Assembly: GCA_051546255.1 (NCBI GenBank)
Contig: CP128822.1
Span: 310,001 to 374,000 of the forward strand
Origin: Meyerozyma guilliermondii
Lineage: Eukaryota
Reading direction: 5' to 3'
DNA: 64,000 nt
The notes beneath the pieces were generated by a model. The model had not been told where the DNA came from. It did not search any database and saw nothing but the letters and a program-made list of their open reading frames with translations. Shown here piece after piece: positions 52,670-63,463 of the stretch. The translations under genes and the position numbers were made by a program. Numbering within the stretch: the stretch's first letter is position 1; each line of letters opens with the position of its first letter.

Positions 52670-55564
52670 ACACAGGTTGCAGTAGGAAATATCTGTATAT
52701 TCTTAATGAACATAATATAATAGTGCTGAGTAAGAAATGTTGAGAAAGACCCATCTACATCATGAAGACTGGCTGGTAGTAAGCAAACCAATGTAATGCT
52801 CCACAGTATTATGTTTTATGACATGGTTTCACGTTTGATTTTCTTTCGATTGAAATGGGTGGGAGACCATGATAGGATACCGATCCATTCTCAGTACGGA
52901 CAACGATAACTCGGAGCTCCTCATGCAAGCGAAATATATAGATAAGTAAATATCGCGTGTCTGGCCCTTTGATACTAAGAAATTTGTGAAACATCAGGAA
53001 CATAGAAATGTAAGATACCGTAACGAAGAAATCAATAAATATATCTACCGTACCCTTAACCTACTAAGGTGGCATTTAAAATAAAGTAGATCTCCACCTG
53101 ACATAAATCGAGAGCAGAACACATGATTTAGCCGCCAATGTATCTCCCTCTCAGGCCACCGAACATGAATGGTATCATCTACATTGAACATAGGTCATAT
53201 GACGACCGGGTGATCTTGCGCTTAACTAAAAGGAAAATCTGAGGGTATTTCCAAGAATCAACTATGACATGCGAATATAAAAAATTCAATAATTCAACAT
53301 TATGAATAAAGCATATCACGAAATGATATAGGTCCTACATTGTTTCAACAAAAAAAATTAGGTACGTCTCGGAGCTTACATAGGTCAAAATAAATATAAT
53401 CTTCAATGCTTTTCTCGACCGAATTACGGGTTCGAAAAACCTCTAAGATGAAAGAAGTTGTGAACAGAATTCCCTTCGTGGTTTTTGTACAGACGTATTA
53501 AGATTCTGCAACGGCCAATGAACTATTACCAAAAACTTAAAAGGTCTTCACAATGGCTATACAACACATATCAATACTTAGCAAACGTTTAAGGGCTCAG
53601 ACTATGACACCTCGGTACTCTTCATGTATGTAACTAATCGCACAGGTAGCGGGGAGTAGCCATTCATTCAAGTGTAAACTTGCTCAATAGAGAACTGGCT
53701 TCAAAAAAACAGGGCCAAAAAAATCTGAATGAAATACTTCCACTCCAATGGAAGGAGACAAATTTGCAGAAACCAAGTTGTCTCATTGCAAAGGTCCACA
53801 ATATACTGCTTCTTCCAACGAGCACTAGGGTTCATTTCGCTGGATAGTCTTCTGAAAGTGAACTTAACGTTCATGATTTCGTTACCACGCTTCGTACCTA
53901 TTCATGTCAAGTGCCATACAACAGCATCGTTGGAGGGGTTAAGCTACGTCAATGGAGTATAAAGATTCTCGTCAATTTCCACTATCGCTTACTGTAGGAA
54001 TAACGCTTCTTCAGCGTAGCGGCTATGAGAGCTGCTGGCTTAAAGCTATATGTCCCGAAAATAATGCTCTTATATACATAAAAAAAGCTCAACAAACAAA
54101 GTTAGTGCGTCTCGCCTAGTTTTAACCATTGTAACATATATTGAGTCCAGCGTTCGCAGTCATTGGATTCATTCGAAACCTTGCATTCGGGGCTGCAAGC
54201 ATGTTAGGAATGACTTGAATGATCCAATTCTGCGAACTTTCAAGACGTGCTGACGAAGTACGCTTTATTCCATACCCTCAAGACTACCTCCTCTAAGTAG
54301 ATATACGAACGGATATAAAAGCTGTTCTCATACATAACCACACCGCTTCTTCTTGTGAGTTACTTCTTGTATACTGCCCGCGACAAATTTACGGTGAGCG
54401 ATCGAAAAAAATACGCACTTGCTGATGACTTTCCATGTATTCAAAAGCTTCCCTTTATGATGGGCTGCATGTATGTGATTCATTCCCAGATCAATTTCAC
54501 CTTAAATGAACTTTTGCAGGAAGATTGCTTGCCAATAATCGTTGATCTATTAAAGTTGAGAGTTCAAACTAAGGAAGACCTACTAGGCAACTTTAAGTAC
54601 GTTCTACCTACAGAAGTTTGTTGTCTACAAGATAAGTTATTATGTGGTAATACGGTCAGAGTTGCTAGTATGTTTGTATTCATTGTATTCTTGCTATTGT
54701 TGTATGCGCCATTTGACTTTCCAATTCATTTATTTGAAGTAAAGTACAAGTAGATTGCCAGGTAATGAAGTTTGCTCACTTTAACTCTCAACTTAATGCT
54801 TTTCGGTATCAACATATAGCTCAAGCTTCTCTATAATGATGAGATGATTTCTATTTGAGAATCAGTATGTCCCGTGTTTTCAACTAGTCATGGGCCTGTT
54901 TACAGCGCCTTCTACAAGAGTGTTTTTTAGTATGTGGGCGATCACGGCTCAATTGTGTATCTTGAAATAACTGCATTTGTCGGTTTTTAATCCTATGTTC
55001 TCTTATCTAAGAGCAGACCCTAGTTGTCTAATTTATGGTTTACTTTCTTGTTGTCTCTTTCATAGGTTGCCAGATAACGAGTGGTTGTCTAGCGTTGGCG
55101 TGGCAAAACGTTCAAGTATTAATGCGAACAAATATATGATTGAAACTAAGTGAATTTATGTTTACCGTATCAGAAAGGAGTATGACATTGATGGAAGCAA
55201 GTTCAGAAAAAGAAGTTAGATAGTTATTTCCATGTAAAGACATTGTCGCAGTCACACCTTCTTGATTGCTCCTACCTGCAATGTTGAGGACTACTTTTCA
55301 CCACTCGAATCCTGTATCTGATTCATATATGTATCTTTCAGCGGTTTTGGTTCCCCAACTTACTACGCTCTGAAGCTATATAGGTGGACCATTTTATGAT
55401 AGCTTTTTTATATTTCCTCTTTTCTATGCGCATGATTTTTCGAGGGGAGCAAGGCCCTGAAAATAACTTAAATAAGGAGCCAGATAGCTCAAGGCTCAAT
55501 TGATATCTGGTAAATTGCTTTATCTTCTAATTATTATTGTATTATACAGTACAACTTTCGTAAG
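52670..55564. other. Candidate regional centromere (2.9 kb gap with no convincing gene)
   Basis: Lies between convergent genes; AT-enriched; apparent skew switch; surrounded by orthologues of CEN-adjacent genes. Confidence 0.65.
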
Positions 55565-56656
55565 TCAGACATTCCAGGCATTGCTGAGTTCATCAACTCG
55601 TCTTCTGCCATTCAAAGCTCTCCTTTTCGCACCGTAATGGCTATCTACCTCTCGTCTCATGTTTTCTCGCTTGAGTCGCCTTATGTTTCTTTCCCTTTCG
55701 ATCTCACGTTTTTCGATCTCCCATGGAGATAAAATCTCTACCATCGGATGCCATTGATCGTTGCCGTTATGTATACTCACCTCGGTGGTAATACGGATCC
55801 CACATTCGAAGAGAAGGCCACCTGTTTGCTGAAACTTCTGTAATTCATGATTGTATGTACCTTCCAGAATCTCTCTTTTCAACCTGTAGATCACTTCATA
55901 TAACGAATGTGCAATGGCAGGTTTGAACTCTAATTCAAGACCGAGATCTGCCACCACAGATTCCGCAAAGACTTCGGGAGCCACATCTGTCTGTTGTAAA
56001 TCCCACTCAAACCTATCCTCGTACAACTTCTTGCCCACACTCACGGCTAGATCCACAATAACAAAGTATTCCTGGTGTTCTGGTAGTTGTATACTGGTAA
56101 GGAAATTGTATTCTTCGATTTGCCTCAATATTGAGTCTGCGATTTCGGATTGAAGGGAGCCTGGTAACTCTAAATCATTACAGAGAATGGCAGCGAACCT
56201 TTGCGGGGATATCAAACTCTCGTTAACATTCCACATGAAAAAGTCAACTAATCTGGAAGAGCCACTATTGTATTCCATATTCAATTTGATAGGAATCAAT
56301 AAGTCCTCCCTCTTGTGAGTTAATTCCAGCAATCGTAGGTCATCGTCTAATTCTGGGATGTGCCCAGTTGGACGCGCGGTACGAAGCAAAATCTTCAGAC
56401 TCGAGGAACTCATTTGATTATTTGCAACTGCATTGGTAGTGGCTGTGGCCGTTTGGTGCTCGTCTTGGTCAAAATCGTCGTTAAAATTGTCAAACTCAGC
56501 ATAGTTTATTTGTTGCGCATTCCGCTTGGCAGATCGCCCTTGCGGAACAGTATTTACCAATAAGGCATTGTCCGGATCCTTATTTATCCTAGAATATATG
56601 CCGGATGCAAGTGCTTGTGGGAGGTAGGTTTTACTGCTGTAACTCAATGAGGACAT
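55565..56656 (-). CDS. SFH1: RSC subunit Sfh1 (SNF5 family)
   Basis: INYAE, LIPIKL, DFFMWNVNE, YEDRFEWDL, EIEKREIERERNIRRLKRE; likely ATG at 56656. Confidence 0.92.
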   Translation of the reverse strand: MSSLSYSSKTYLPQALASGIYSRINKDPDNALLVNTVPQGRSAKRNAQQINYAEFDNFNDDFDQDEHQTATATTNAVANNQMSSSSLKILLRTARPTGHIPELDDDLRLLELTHKREDLLIPIKLNMEYNSGSSRLVDFFMWNVNESLISPQRFAAILCNDLELPGSLQSEIADSILRQIEEYNFLTSIQLPEHQEYFVIVDLAVSVGKKLYEDRFEWDLQQTDVAPEVFAESVVADLGLELEFKPAIAHSLYEVIYRLKREILEGTYNHELQKFQQTGGLLFECGIRITTEVSIHNGNDQWHPMVEILSPWEIEKREIERERNIRRLKRENMRREVDSHYGAKRRALNGRRRVDELSNAWNV

Positions 56657-56762
56657 TATGAATGTACAGACTCGTCCACAACGGTTCATTTTCTGAACTA
56701 TGTTTTGTTTAGACACGACTATCATGCATAGTAATATCGATAGACACAAGTACCATTACACT

Positions 56763-57251
56763 ATGAGCATTGAAATAATCAAAGAGTACGCGTGCTCAAG
56801 GTCAAATTTAAACTCTTTCTTGAGTCTTAAAAGCTTTCTGCGTTTGTTTCCTTCAGGAACAAATGGGGCGCTAATTGAGGCCTTGTATGAGGCTTTAGAC
56901 ACGCAGCGAAGAATCAAAACCAATGCTATATCCGACTACATTCACAGGGACTTTGACGTACCGAAAGACAGCGATACAATAGAGGAATCCCTTCATGTAT
57001 CGAAAGTGGACTTTGTTCCCTTCACAGATTTAATAACGAAGCTCGATGAACTTGCTGAACGCATGGAACCGAAAATTGCAGAGTTGGAAATGCATTCAGC
57101 TGAAATAATAAGCGAGATCAAATACAAAACTGAATTACTTCATCTGACGTTGAAAACTCTGACAACGACATCCGACGATTCTCCCTCCTCTTTCAACAGC
57201 CATTTGACATCTATTGCATATGAGTGTCAAGATAAAATTATGAATAAATAA
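56763..57251 (+). CDS. NKP2: Probable inner-kinetochore protein Nkp2/Cnl2
   Basis: 162 aa; L..FLSL..F..LF...I..LY..L pattern plus C-terminal coiled coil; convergent with TAD3 like YLR315W/YLR316C. Confidence 0.65.
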   Translation: MSIEIIKEYACSRSNLNSFLSLKSFLRLFPSGTNGALIEALYEALDTQRRIKTNAISDYIHRDFDVPKDSDTIEESLHVSKVDFVPFTDLITKLDELAERMEPKIAELEMHSAEIISEIKYKTELLHLTLKTLTTTSDDSPSSFNSHLTSIAYECQDKIMNK

Positions 57252-57252
57252 A

Positions 57253-58287
57253 TCATGCATGGAAGTTCGTTGCACGATCAACAGTGTCGATACTTTCGAG
57301 TTTTTGCATCTCCTCCTCTCCTATCCACTTCCAAATTTTGAATCGCCAATTTAATGATGGGCGGTCGCCTAGCTGGTAATGGCTTTCTAACCCACCTGTG
57401 CTGGGAACTGGCTTGATGTATGTAATTTTGGAAATTCTTGAATGGACAAGTGCCATGCAACACATAATGCATGGTTCATGGGAAGTATAAACTAGTAAGT
57501 TCTGGCATAAGTATCCTGTGTCAGCAATGGTGCTGTCCTTTGAACGTCGACTTTTCTCTTGTTCTGCAATTCCCGCAATAGCGTTCAAGATACTGTGCTC
57601 TAGAAAGGAATTATTACGGTTATCGTAAAATATTTTGATGATTTCATGTGTGTCCTTCCCCGGGTTTTCGCGAGCAAACATAGTCACAATTGGTAAATCG
57701 GATGGAGCGTTTTCCATTGCAGTTAATAATGTGGTCATAGCATCCTGTTCTTTACGCAAGACCATGTTACAAGTTTTGAGCTCCTGATAGTAAGGGTTAC
57801 CTTTCCATGACATTGGCCAGTATAGTTGAGACCACTCTTGCGCAATTTCCTTAGTGCCTGGCTGTTGCACGGGCACCATTTTCGTGTAAAACTTGACATT
57901 CTTGAATTCGTCGTTGCGTTCTATGTTCTGTTCAATATACTCCTTGAGCAGACCGCTTTCGTCTATGAAGTCTTGACTGCAAACAATTGCTCTCAAATAT
58001 GTCTTAGTTTCATTTTTACCAAGTTTGTCGAAACGTTTTATATGTGGAAGTGAGTTAGTGTCGAAAGGAGTGATGTACTCTCTTATAAACATAATCAATG
58101 TTTTACTCAAGTGAGCCGGTATATCACAACACCAAACAGACGTCAATGACGGGTTTCTGGAATCGAAGTCCAAGTTCGACAGGTTTCTTATTTGCTGTAA
58201 TTTACCATGAATGATTCCGTTCTCGAAGTCGATATGGCTATATTCTCTATCATTTTGTATTTTCATCTGTCGATTCGCGTTCTTCAT
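57253..58287 (-). CDS. TAD3: tRNA adenosine-34 deaminase subunit Tad3 (start uncertain: 58266, 58287 or 58350)
   Basis: HIKR, YWPMSW, GYLC, HEPCIMCCMALVHSRI, LNWRF. Confidence 0.92.
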   Translation of the reverse strand: MKNANRQMKIQNDREYSHIDFENGIIHGKLQQIRNLSNLDFDSRNPSLTSVWCCDIPAHLSKTLIMFIREYITPFDTNSLPHIKRFDKLGKNETKTYLRAIVCSQDFIDESGLLKEYIEQNIERNDEFKNVKFYTKMVPVQQPGTKEIAQEWSQLYWPMSWKGNPYYQELKTCNMVLRKEQDAMTTLLTAMENAPSDLPIVTMFARENPGKDTHEIIKIFYDNRNNSFLEHSILNAIAGIAEQEKSRRSKDSTIADTGYLCQNLLVYTSHEPCIMCCMALVHSRISKITYIKPVPSTGGLESHYQLGDRPSLNWRFKIWKWIGEEEMQKLESIDTVDRATNFHA

Positions 58288-58414
58288 TAAGCGGAGCAGA
58301 AGTTGTATGCTTGATGCGATGTTTTGAACCTTTAATCTCAACGCATTCATACAAATTTTGATATTGGTATTTCTTTGAGATTTTACAATTAATGTGCGCG
58401 TTAAGAATTTTTAC

Positions 58415-61051
58415 ATGAGACAACCTAATGAAAAGCTTCAGGATTACTTATCCAAGCTTGATCCGGTTTGCTATGCTAATATCAAAGAGCACATCAGGTT
58501 AGATCTTCAGTATTCGAAACAAGTTGCTTTCTTATTAGCTAACGTTTACGTCAAATGTCCAAACCGTAGTGCATTAGGTAGGAAGGTTCCCAACAACTTG
58601 AAGGAGGGCTCCTTGGAATACGTAGAATTCCTCAATTCTATGATTTCATACCTCATATCAACAAAAAAAGACAACGTCCTAGTGAAAGAATACAGAAAAG
58701 GACTCGTCAATGCTCTCAGTCCAGCAAATCTTTTCTCTCCGCATGTGAGTTTTCGAAGCAATTACATGAAGCTACCTGGGTGGCAATATCTCTACAATGT
58801 TATGAAGCGAGAGCTGTTTCTTCATTTGCTTATTGATTGTTGTGGCTATATTCTAGCTTCTGAATCTATGGTTCAACTTTTTGGACCAAGTTTTTCGTTT
58901 TCAAGAAATTCAAGTAATAGGGTATCGAGAGGGAGGATGATGTACAAATTACAGAGAGAGCCCGAAAAGATGTGTCGAATCTTTACAAAGAGCTCTCACG
59001 ACCTCTTGAACGAGATTGTACCTGTCGCATCCAAACAGAAGCGGACTCCAAAAAGGCTTCGACAACTACAGAACGTATTAAAGACAATGCTAATCAATGA
59101 CAGAAAGATGGATTATTCCGTAACCCGTTCCAAAATTCAGGGCATAAGCTCAGTGACAGGTACCAATCCCTCCGTAGTCGCTATGATTGTTATTGAGATC
59201 TTGACTCTGATATTCCCGAGTTCGTTTTGGGGCCTGACGACAAACCGAATACTGTTAGAGCTGAAAATCGAAATGTTTATAACCTCTCCAAGATCAGAAA
59301 GTATGCCCGCAAACTACATCCAAGAAGGGATGAGCTTAAATTCATTTACATGGGTCGGTCGCTCAAGTCGAACCACATCACGACAGGATTTCGATTCCAG
59401 AAAGAATCTCGTATGCCAAGTACTTAACTGGCTCTTACTGAATGTCATATGTCGAATTGTATCTCAGTTTTGGTACGTCACACAAAGACCTCCCAATTCT
59501 AATTCAGATTGTGACTACCTTGCATTTTATCCTCACTCAGCGTTGAATTATCTTCTCGATCCTTGGATTCGTAAGTACACGTTAAAGTACTTGAGGGTAT
59601 CCACCTACGGTGGAGCAGTGCAGAAAGGTAAGCTTTTAAATTCTGGTAGGTTGCGAGTGTTGCCAAAATCTGATGACTTTCGTTTTATATGCGTTCCTTT
59701 ACGAGGACCAGAAGGGAGTGAATTAAGGACAGAAGACACTTACTATCTTTATGCAAAAAATATCATTGGACCGATTCGAGATTTATTGTATCACAAACTT
59801 CGCAAGTTCCTCAAACACAGGCTGAAGAAGCACGCTGTCTGTATGTCTAATGAAGACGTCCTTCGGGAAATTATTACGTACAAGCTGCGTAATGCTAAAC
59901 CTGCTGGCGGTTACTACATGGCGAAGTTTGACATGACTAAATGCTATGATAATTTAGACCAAGGAAAGATTATGGAATGCGTGCGCAGATTGTTCCAAGA
60001 TGATGATGACACAGCTGAGTACTTTGTCAGAGAATCTGTTCGTCCCCTGAGTTCAAAGAATAGTTCTTCCCAGAGGAGAGTCGTCAGAGTGATAGAATCT
60101 GATTCTGTAGAGTCTCTCGATGCAAGACTCATTAATCCATCTCGAATTCACAGCCATGAAGGTTTGACGTCTGAGGATATACGCTACGAAGAGCGTTATG
60201 GATCCACAACTAGAATAACAAAAAAGCAAGTTCTAGAATTCGTCCAGGAACACATACGAAATGCGACTGTTATCATAAACGAAAAAGTTCCAAAGTCTTA
60301 TACGCGTACCCAAGGAGTATTTCAAGGCTTCCCGTTACTGGCAGTTTTGTGCCACATAGTTTATACAGCAATGATGCATGATATTTTCGGTTTCATTTTG
60401 GACGATTCCAAAAGCGTCTTATTGAGAGTGGTGGACGATTTTCTATTAGTGACGTCTAAACAGGATATGTGCTTCCGTACATTGAAAGCTGCCCGCAGCA
60501 GCGAGGCCGAATCCTATGGAGCTTTTTTCAATAGCTCCAAATCAACGGTTTCGGGACAGTGCCTTGATGAAGAAATGCATTTCTTGGGCCTTAAATTTCT
60601 GCCCCAGCTGCTAGAATTCATTTTGGACCCTCCAAAAGTCGGTGAATGGGGCGTAATTGATAGCAAGCCGTTGAGGTGCAACCTTCAAATCCTCAAAAAT
60701 CATTATCTTTTCCGTCTTAGGAGCTGTATCTCCCATCGTGAGCTATATTCTGCAAGCATGATGATCGAGTATTTGATCCATATACTAGAAGTGATTTTGA
60801 AGACAATGAAAAGGGACCAAACGACTTTGGTGTTAAAGGGAGACCGAGAAGAACAAGTATTAGATCAAATAAGCCGTTTACTCTTGGAACTTCTTTATGA
60901 ATCAGAACGGGTCTTGACACTACATTATGAACTCAAACAAGTCGCAACTTTCAGCCTTAAATTTCGGAGAACTGTGTTTTTGCAGCTTGCTAGTCATGGC
61001 TTCTTCAATCCAGTTTGCATCGCATTTAAAGCGCTATCAAACGCTCCGTAG
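58415..61051 (+). CDS. EST2: Telomerase reverse transcriptase
   Basis: T-motif FWYVT, motif 1 RLRVLPK, motif 2 FRFI, A KFDMTKCYD, B' GVFQGFPLS, C LLRVVDDFLLV, E FLG. Confidence 0.93.
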   Translation: MRQPNEKLQDYLSKLDPVCYANIKEHIRLDLQYSKQVAFLLANVYVKCPNRSALGRKVPNNLKEGSLEYVEFLNSMISYLISTKKDNVLVKEYRKGLVNALSPANLFSPHVSFRSNYMKLPGWQYLYNVMKRELFLHLLIDCCGYILASESMVQLFGPSFSFSRNSSNRVSRGRMMYKLQREPEKMCRIFTKSSHDLLNEIVPVASKQKRTPKRLRQLQNVLKTMLINDRKMDYSVTRSKIQGISSVTGTNPSVVAMIVIEILTLIFPSSFWGLTTNRILLELKIEMFITSPRSESMPANYIQEGMSLNSFTWVGRSSRTTSRQDFDSRKNLVCQVLNWLLLNVICRIVSQFWYVTQRPPNSNSDCDYLAFYPHSALNYLLDPWIRKYTLKYLRVSTYGGAVQKGKLLNSGRLRVLPKSDDFRFICVPLRGPEGSELRTEDTYYLYAKNIIGPIRDLLYHKLRKFLKHRLKKHAVCMSNEDVLREIITYKLRNAKPAGGYYMAKFDMTKCYDNLDQGKIMECVRRLFQDDDDTAEYFVRESVRPLSSKNSSSQRRVVRVIESDSVESLDARLINPSRIHSHEGLTSEDIRYEERYGSTTRITKKQVLEFVQEHIRNATVIINEKVPKSYTRTQGVFQGFPLLAVLCHIVYTAMMHDIFGFILDDSKSVLLRVVDDFLLVTSKQDMCFRTLKAARSSEAESYGAFFNSSKSTVSGQCLDEEMHFLGLKFLPQLLEFILDPPKVGEWGVIDSKPLRCNLQILKNHYLFRLRSCISHRELYSASMMIEYLIHILEVILKTMKRDQTTLVLKGDREEQVLDQISRLLLELLYESERVLTLHYELKQVATFSLKFRRTVFLQLASHGFFNPVCIAFKALSNAP

Positions 61052-61287
61052 AATGCTGATCTCTGTATGAAACACTATTTTGAATTGCAGTTCAATCCAG
61101 TCAATTCGTGTGGTGTCGTATGAAGCTTCAAGTAGCCTCTCGCTATTTTCATGTGTAGATGAACGAAGATGAAATCTTCATATATGACGTTCGCATCACT
61201 TTCAACGATCAAAGTTGTGCTAGTCGACAATCAAATAAGGCTGTATTGTGATATTGAAAGTATGCATCGCATACTTTTAGATCACCG

Positions 61288-63324
61288 TCAAGTAAATGGC
61301 ACACTGAGAGAGCTCTTCAAGTTCTCAGAGTCCCGTTCCCTACGTAGCCTCTCCACCTCATCAATTCCCACAGCATTTTTGAACTTTTTATCCCCTACAA
61401 AGTCTTCCAACTCTTCCTGAAATTGATCCTTCCTCATTAGTTCACGTTCTCTATCCCTTAGTTTTTCAGCTCGTGTAATAGCATCCAAACGCCGATCATG
61501 GTCAGGGTTGAGGGCAACGACGGAAGTCAAGATAGCGTCTTTCATCTTGTCTAGACTTTTTCCTGGTTCCATAAGCGGCACGAAGAATTTGTTGCGACGC
61601 TGTGCGTTTTGCTTGCTTTGCTCAAGGGAACATTGTTCTATTAGATCGAAGGTTTTTTCAATCTTCTTCAAATCATGCTCTAGATCAACTGTCAAGTCTC
61701 CCTGTAGATTAAAAAATTGTTGCTCCTCACAAACCTTGTCAAGCTCTGATTCCCAAATCCGTTTCCAAACTACGCGCTCCCTTGTAATATACTGACTCAT
61801 TTCTTTGAGGGAATTTTTAGCGGCCTGAATCTCCCTGTTGGTATTCTTTAGTTGTTTCTCCCCTATTCGAACTCCACGCTGAGCAACATCCTTCCTCATA
61901 GCTTCCATGAGGTCTTGTAAATCATCAACCTTAGTAAGCAATATATCTGACTCTTCAGAAAGTTTCGAGTGACAACCTTCCATGTATGCCCGATTAGATG
62001 ATTTTGATACGTTAAGGCCACCTTCCTGAAATGCCTTCACTTTCGCAATAACAGAAGAAATGTCCGCTTCAACGTCACGTTTATATTGAGCTTGCATCAG
62101 ACGAAGAGAAGTGAATTGTTGCTTCAAGGAAGTTATTTCTTCGATACCTAACACATTAGTGGGCTGAGTTGTGCCTTCTTTCGTCGTCTCGTTGACCTTC
62201 TTGGGCTGTAGAGCCAAGTTGCCTATTTGTGCAGCAAGATCAGCGTACTGCAATTCTTGAACTTGCCTCAACGCATTTATGGCCTTTAATAATTCCTGGT
62301 TGGACAGATCACTCTCCAGAGGTAATTTCAATGTTAGAATACTTCCCTCCTCTATATCTACGAGACTCTGTTCTTCTAACTCGTAGGCAACAGATGTGCT
62401 GGGGTCTGTAATATAAATGCTGGGAAAAGAATCCAGGCCCGGAGAATATGCAAACTTCTCGACGAATAATAACCGTAAAGAGGCGAAGGTGACGCTTCCG
62501 TGTATTTGAGCTTTCTTTGTGTTGTCCTTCAATCGAAGAAAAATCGTCTTAGTATTGTTGACCTTCTGTGGTGGTGAAGAAGAACGCTTATCTGCATGCT
62601 TCTCTCTAATGGCTTCTTTCTCTGTAGTTGATTCAGTCGTTTCCAATACCGGTAAGGCAGTTGGTATCGATGCAGGAGACATACTAGTGAGTTTGGCATA
62701 CTGATAAGCACTAAATCTCTTCGAGGCACGTCTTTGCAAAAAGTTTCCACTTTGAAGTTGACTCAAGGCGTCGCTAGAATCGGATTGCAGAGACGTGGAG
62801 GGAGTCTCTATCTTAGAATTCAAATGACGCGTTATTGATTCCGCAGATAACAGCTTGGAGGCTCTAGACGTACCTTCAGACTTTTCCTGCAATCTCGGCT
62901 TTTCAATTGCAATGCTCCTTGCTTTGATCTGCTTGCTCTTCAAATTCTGCAATAAGGTCACTATGATATTTCTGATATTAGGTAAAAATCTATCAAGATT
63001 TTCTGGACTTGGTGATTCACTGAGAGCGGCTTCTAAAATAATACGCAATGCTTGTGGTACGTCGCCGATATCAGAGAAGTCCACACCAGCGTTGGTGAAC
63101 GCTCGAGAAGCGGCACGGAAATCATTGCCTAATTTGACATAAGCATCCGACACGTACTTATCATCAGCTTCTTTACGTGACCATTGAGTCAAACTCTCTA
63201 ACAAGTGTTTAGTTGACACTAAAAGCCTCGTTACACTGGATTCTATGGTGCTAGACGACAGCCGTCTCGAAGAACGTCTGGAGTTGTTATCCACAGCTTC
63301 TTGAGCACCAGTGACATCAGACAT
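61288..63324 (-). CDS. BUD6: Actin/formin-interacting polarisome protein Bud6/Aip3
   Basis: IESSVTRLLVSTKHLLESLTQW, LRLLFVEKFAYSPG, KVDDLQD..E.MRKDVAQRG. Confidence 0.94.
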   Translation of the reverse strand: MSDVTGAQEAVDNNSRRSSRRLSSSTIESSVTRLLVSTKHLLESLTQWSRKEADDKYVSDAYVKLGNDFRAASRAFTNAGVDFSDIGDVPQALRIILEAALSESPSPENLDRFLPNIRNIIVTLLQNLKSKQIKARSIAIEKPRLQEKSEGTSRASKLLSAESITRHLNSKIETPSTSLQSDSSDALSQLQSGNFLQRRASKRFSAYQYAKLTSMSPASIPTALPVLETTESTTEKEAIREKHADKRSSSPPQKVNNTKTIFLRLKDNTKKAQIHGSVTFASLRLLFVEKFAYSPGLDSFPSIYITDPSTSVAYELEEQSLVDIEEGSILTLKLPLESDLSNQELLKAINALRQVQELQYADLAAQIGNLALQPKKVNETTKEGTTQPTNVLGIEEITSLKQQFTSLRLMQAQYKRDVEADISSVIAKVKAFQEGGLNVSKSSNRAYMEGCHSKLSEESDILLTKVDDLQDLMEAMRKDVAQRGVRIGEKQLKNTNREIQAAKNSLKEMSQYITRERVVWKRIWESELDKVCEEQQFFNLQGDLTVDLEHDLKKIEKTFDLIEQCSLEQSKQNAQRRNKFFVPLMEPGKSLDKMKDAILTSVVALNPDHDRRLDAITRAEKLRDRERELMRKDQFQEELEDFVGDKKFKNAVGIDEVERLRRERDSENLKSSLSVPFT

Positions 63325-63463
63325 TATGGGTCAAAGATGAACAGTAGACTCCGTTTCACTTATGCTGCGTTTGAAATAGAGACAAACAGTTCACAATTAA
63401 TTATATTTGATGAACTACATGCAGGTCGAGATAGAAAAATCACTGAAAGCACTATGAAATTCA

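Noticed and set aside
54355..54753. 132-aa ORF inside the gap
   Set aside because: GTG start and no recognisable motif; a TATA-like ATATAAAA nearby is not enough to call a gene or an LTR
52670..55564. Telomerase RNA gene in the gap near EST2
   Set aside because: No template-like 1.5x repeat spotted by eye, and TER is not expected to be linked to TERT; not formally excluded
52670..55564. Point centromere (CDEI-II-III) or intact retrotransposon
   Set aside because: No RTCACRTG next to a >90% AT tract, no paired LTRs and no gag/pol similarity seen
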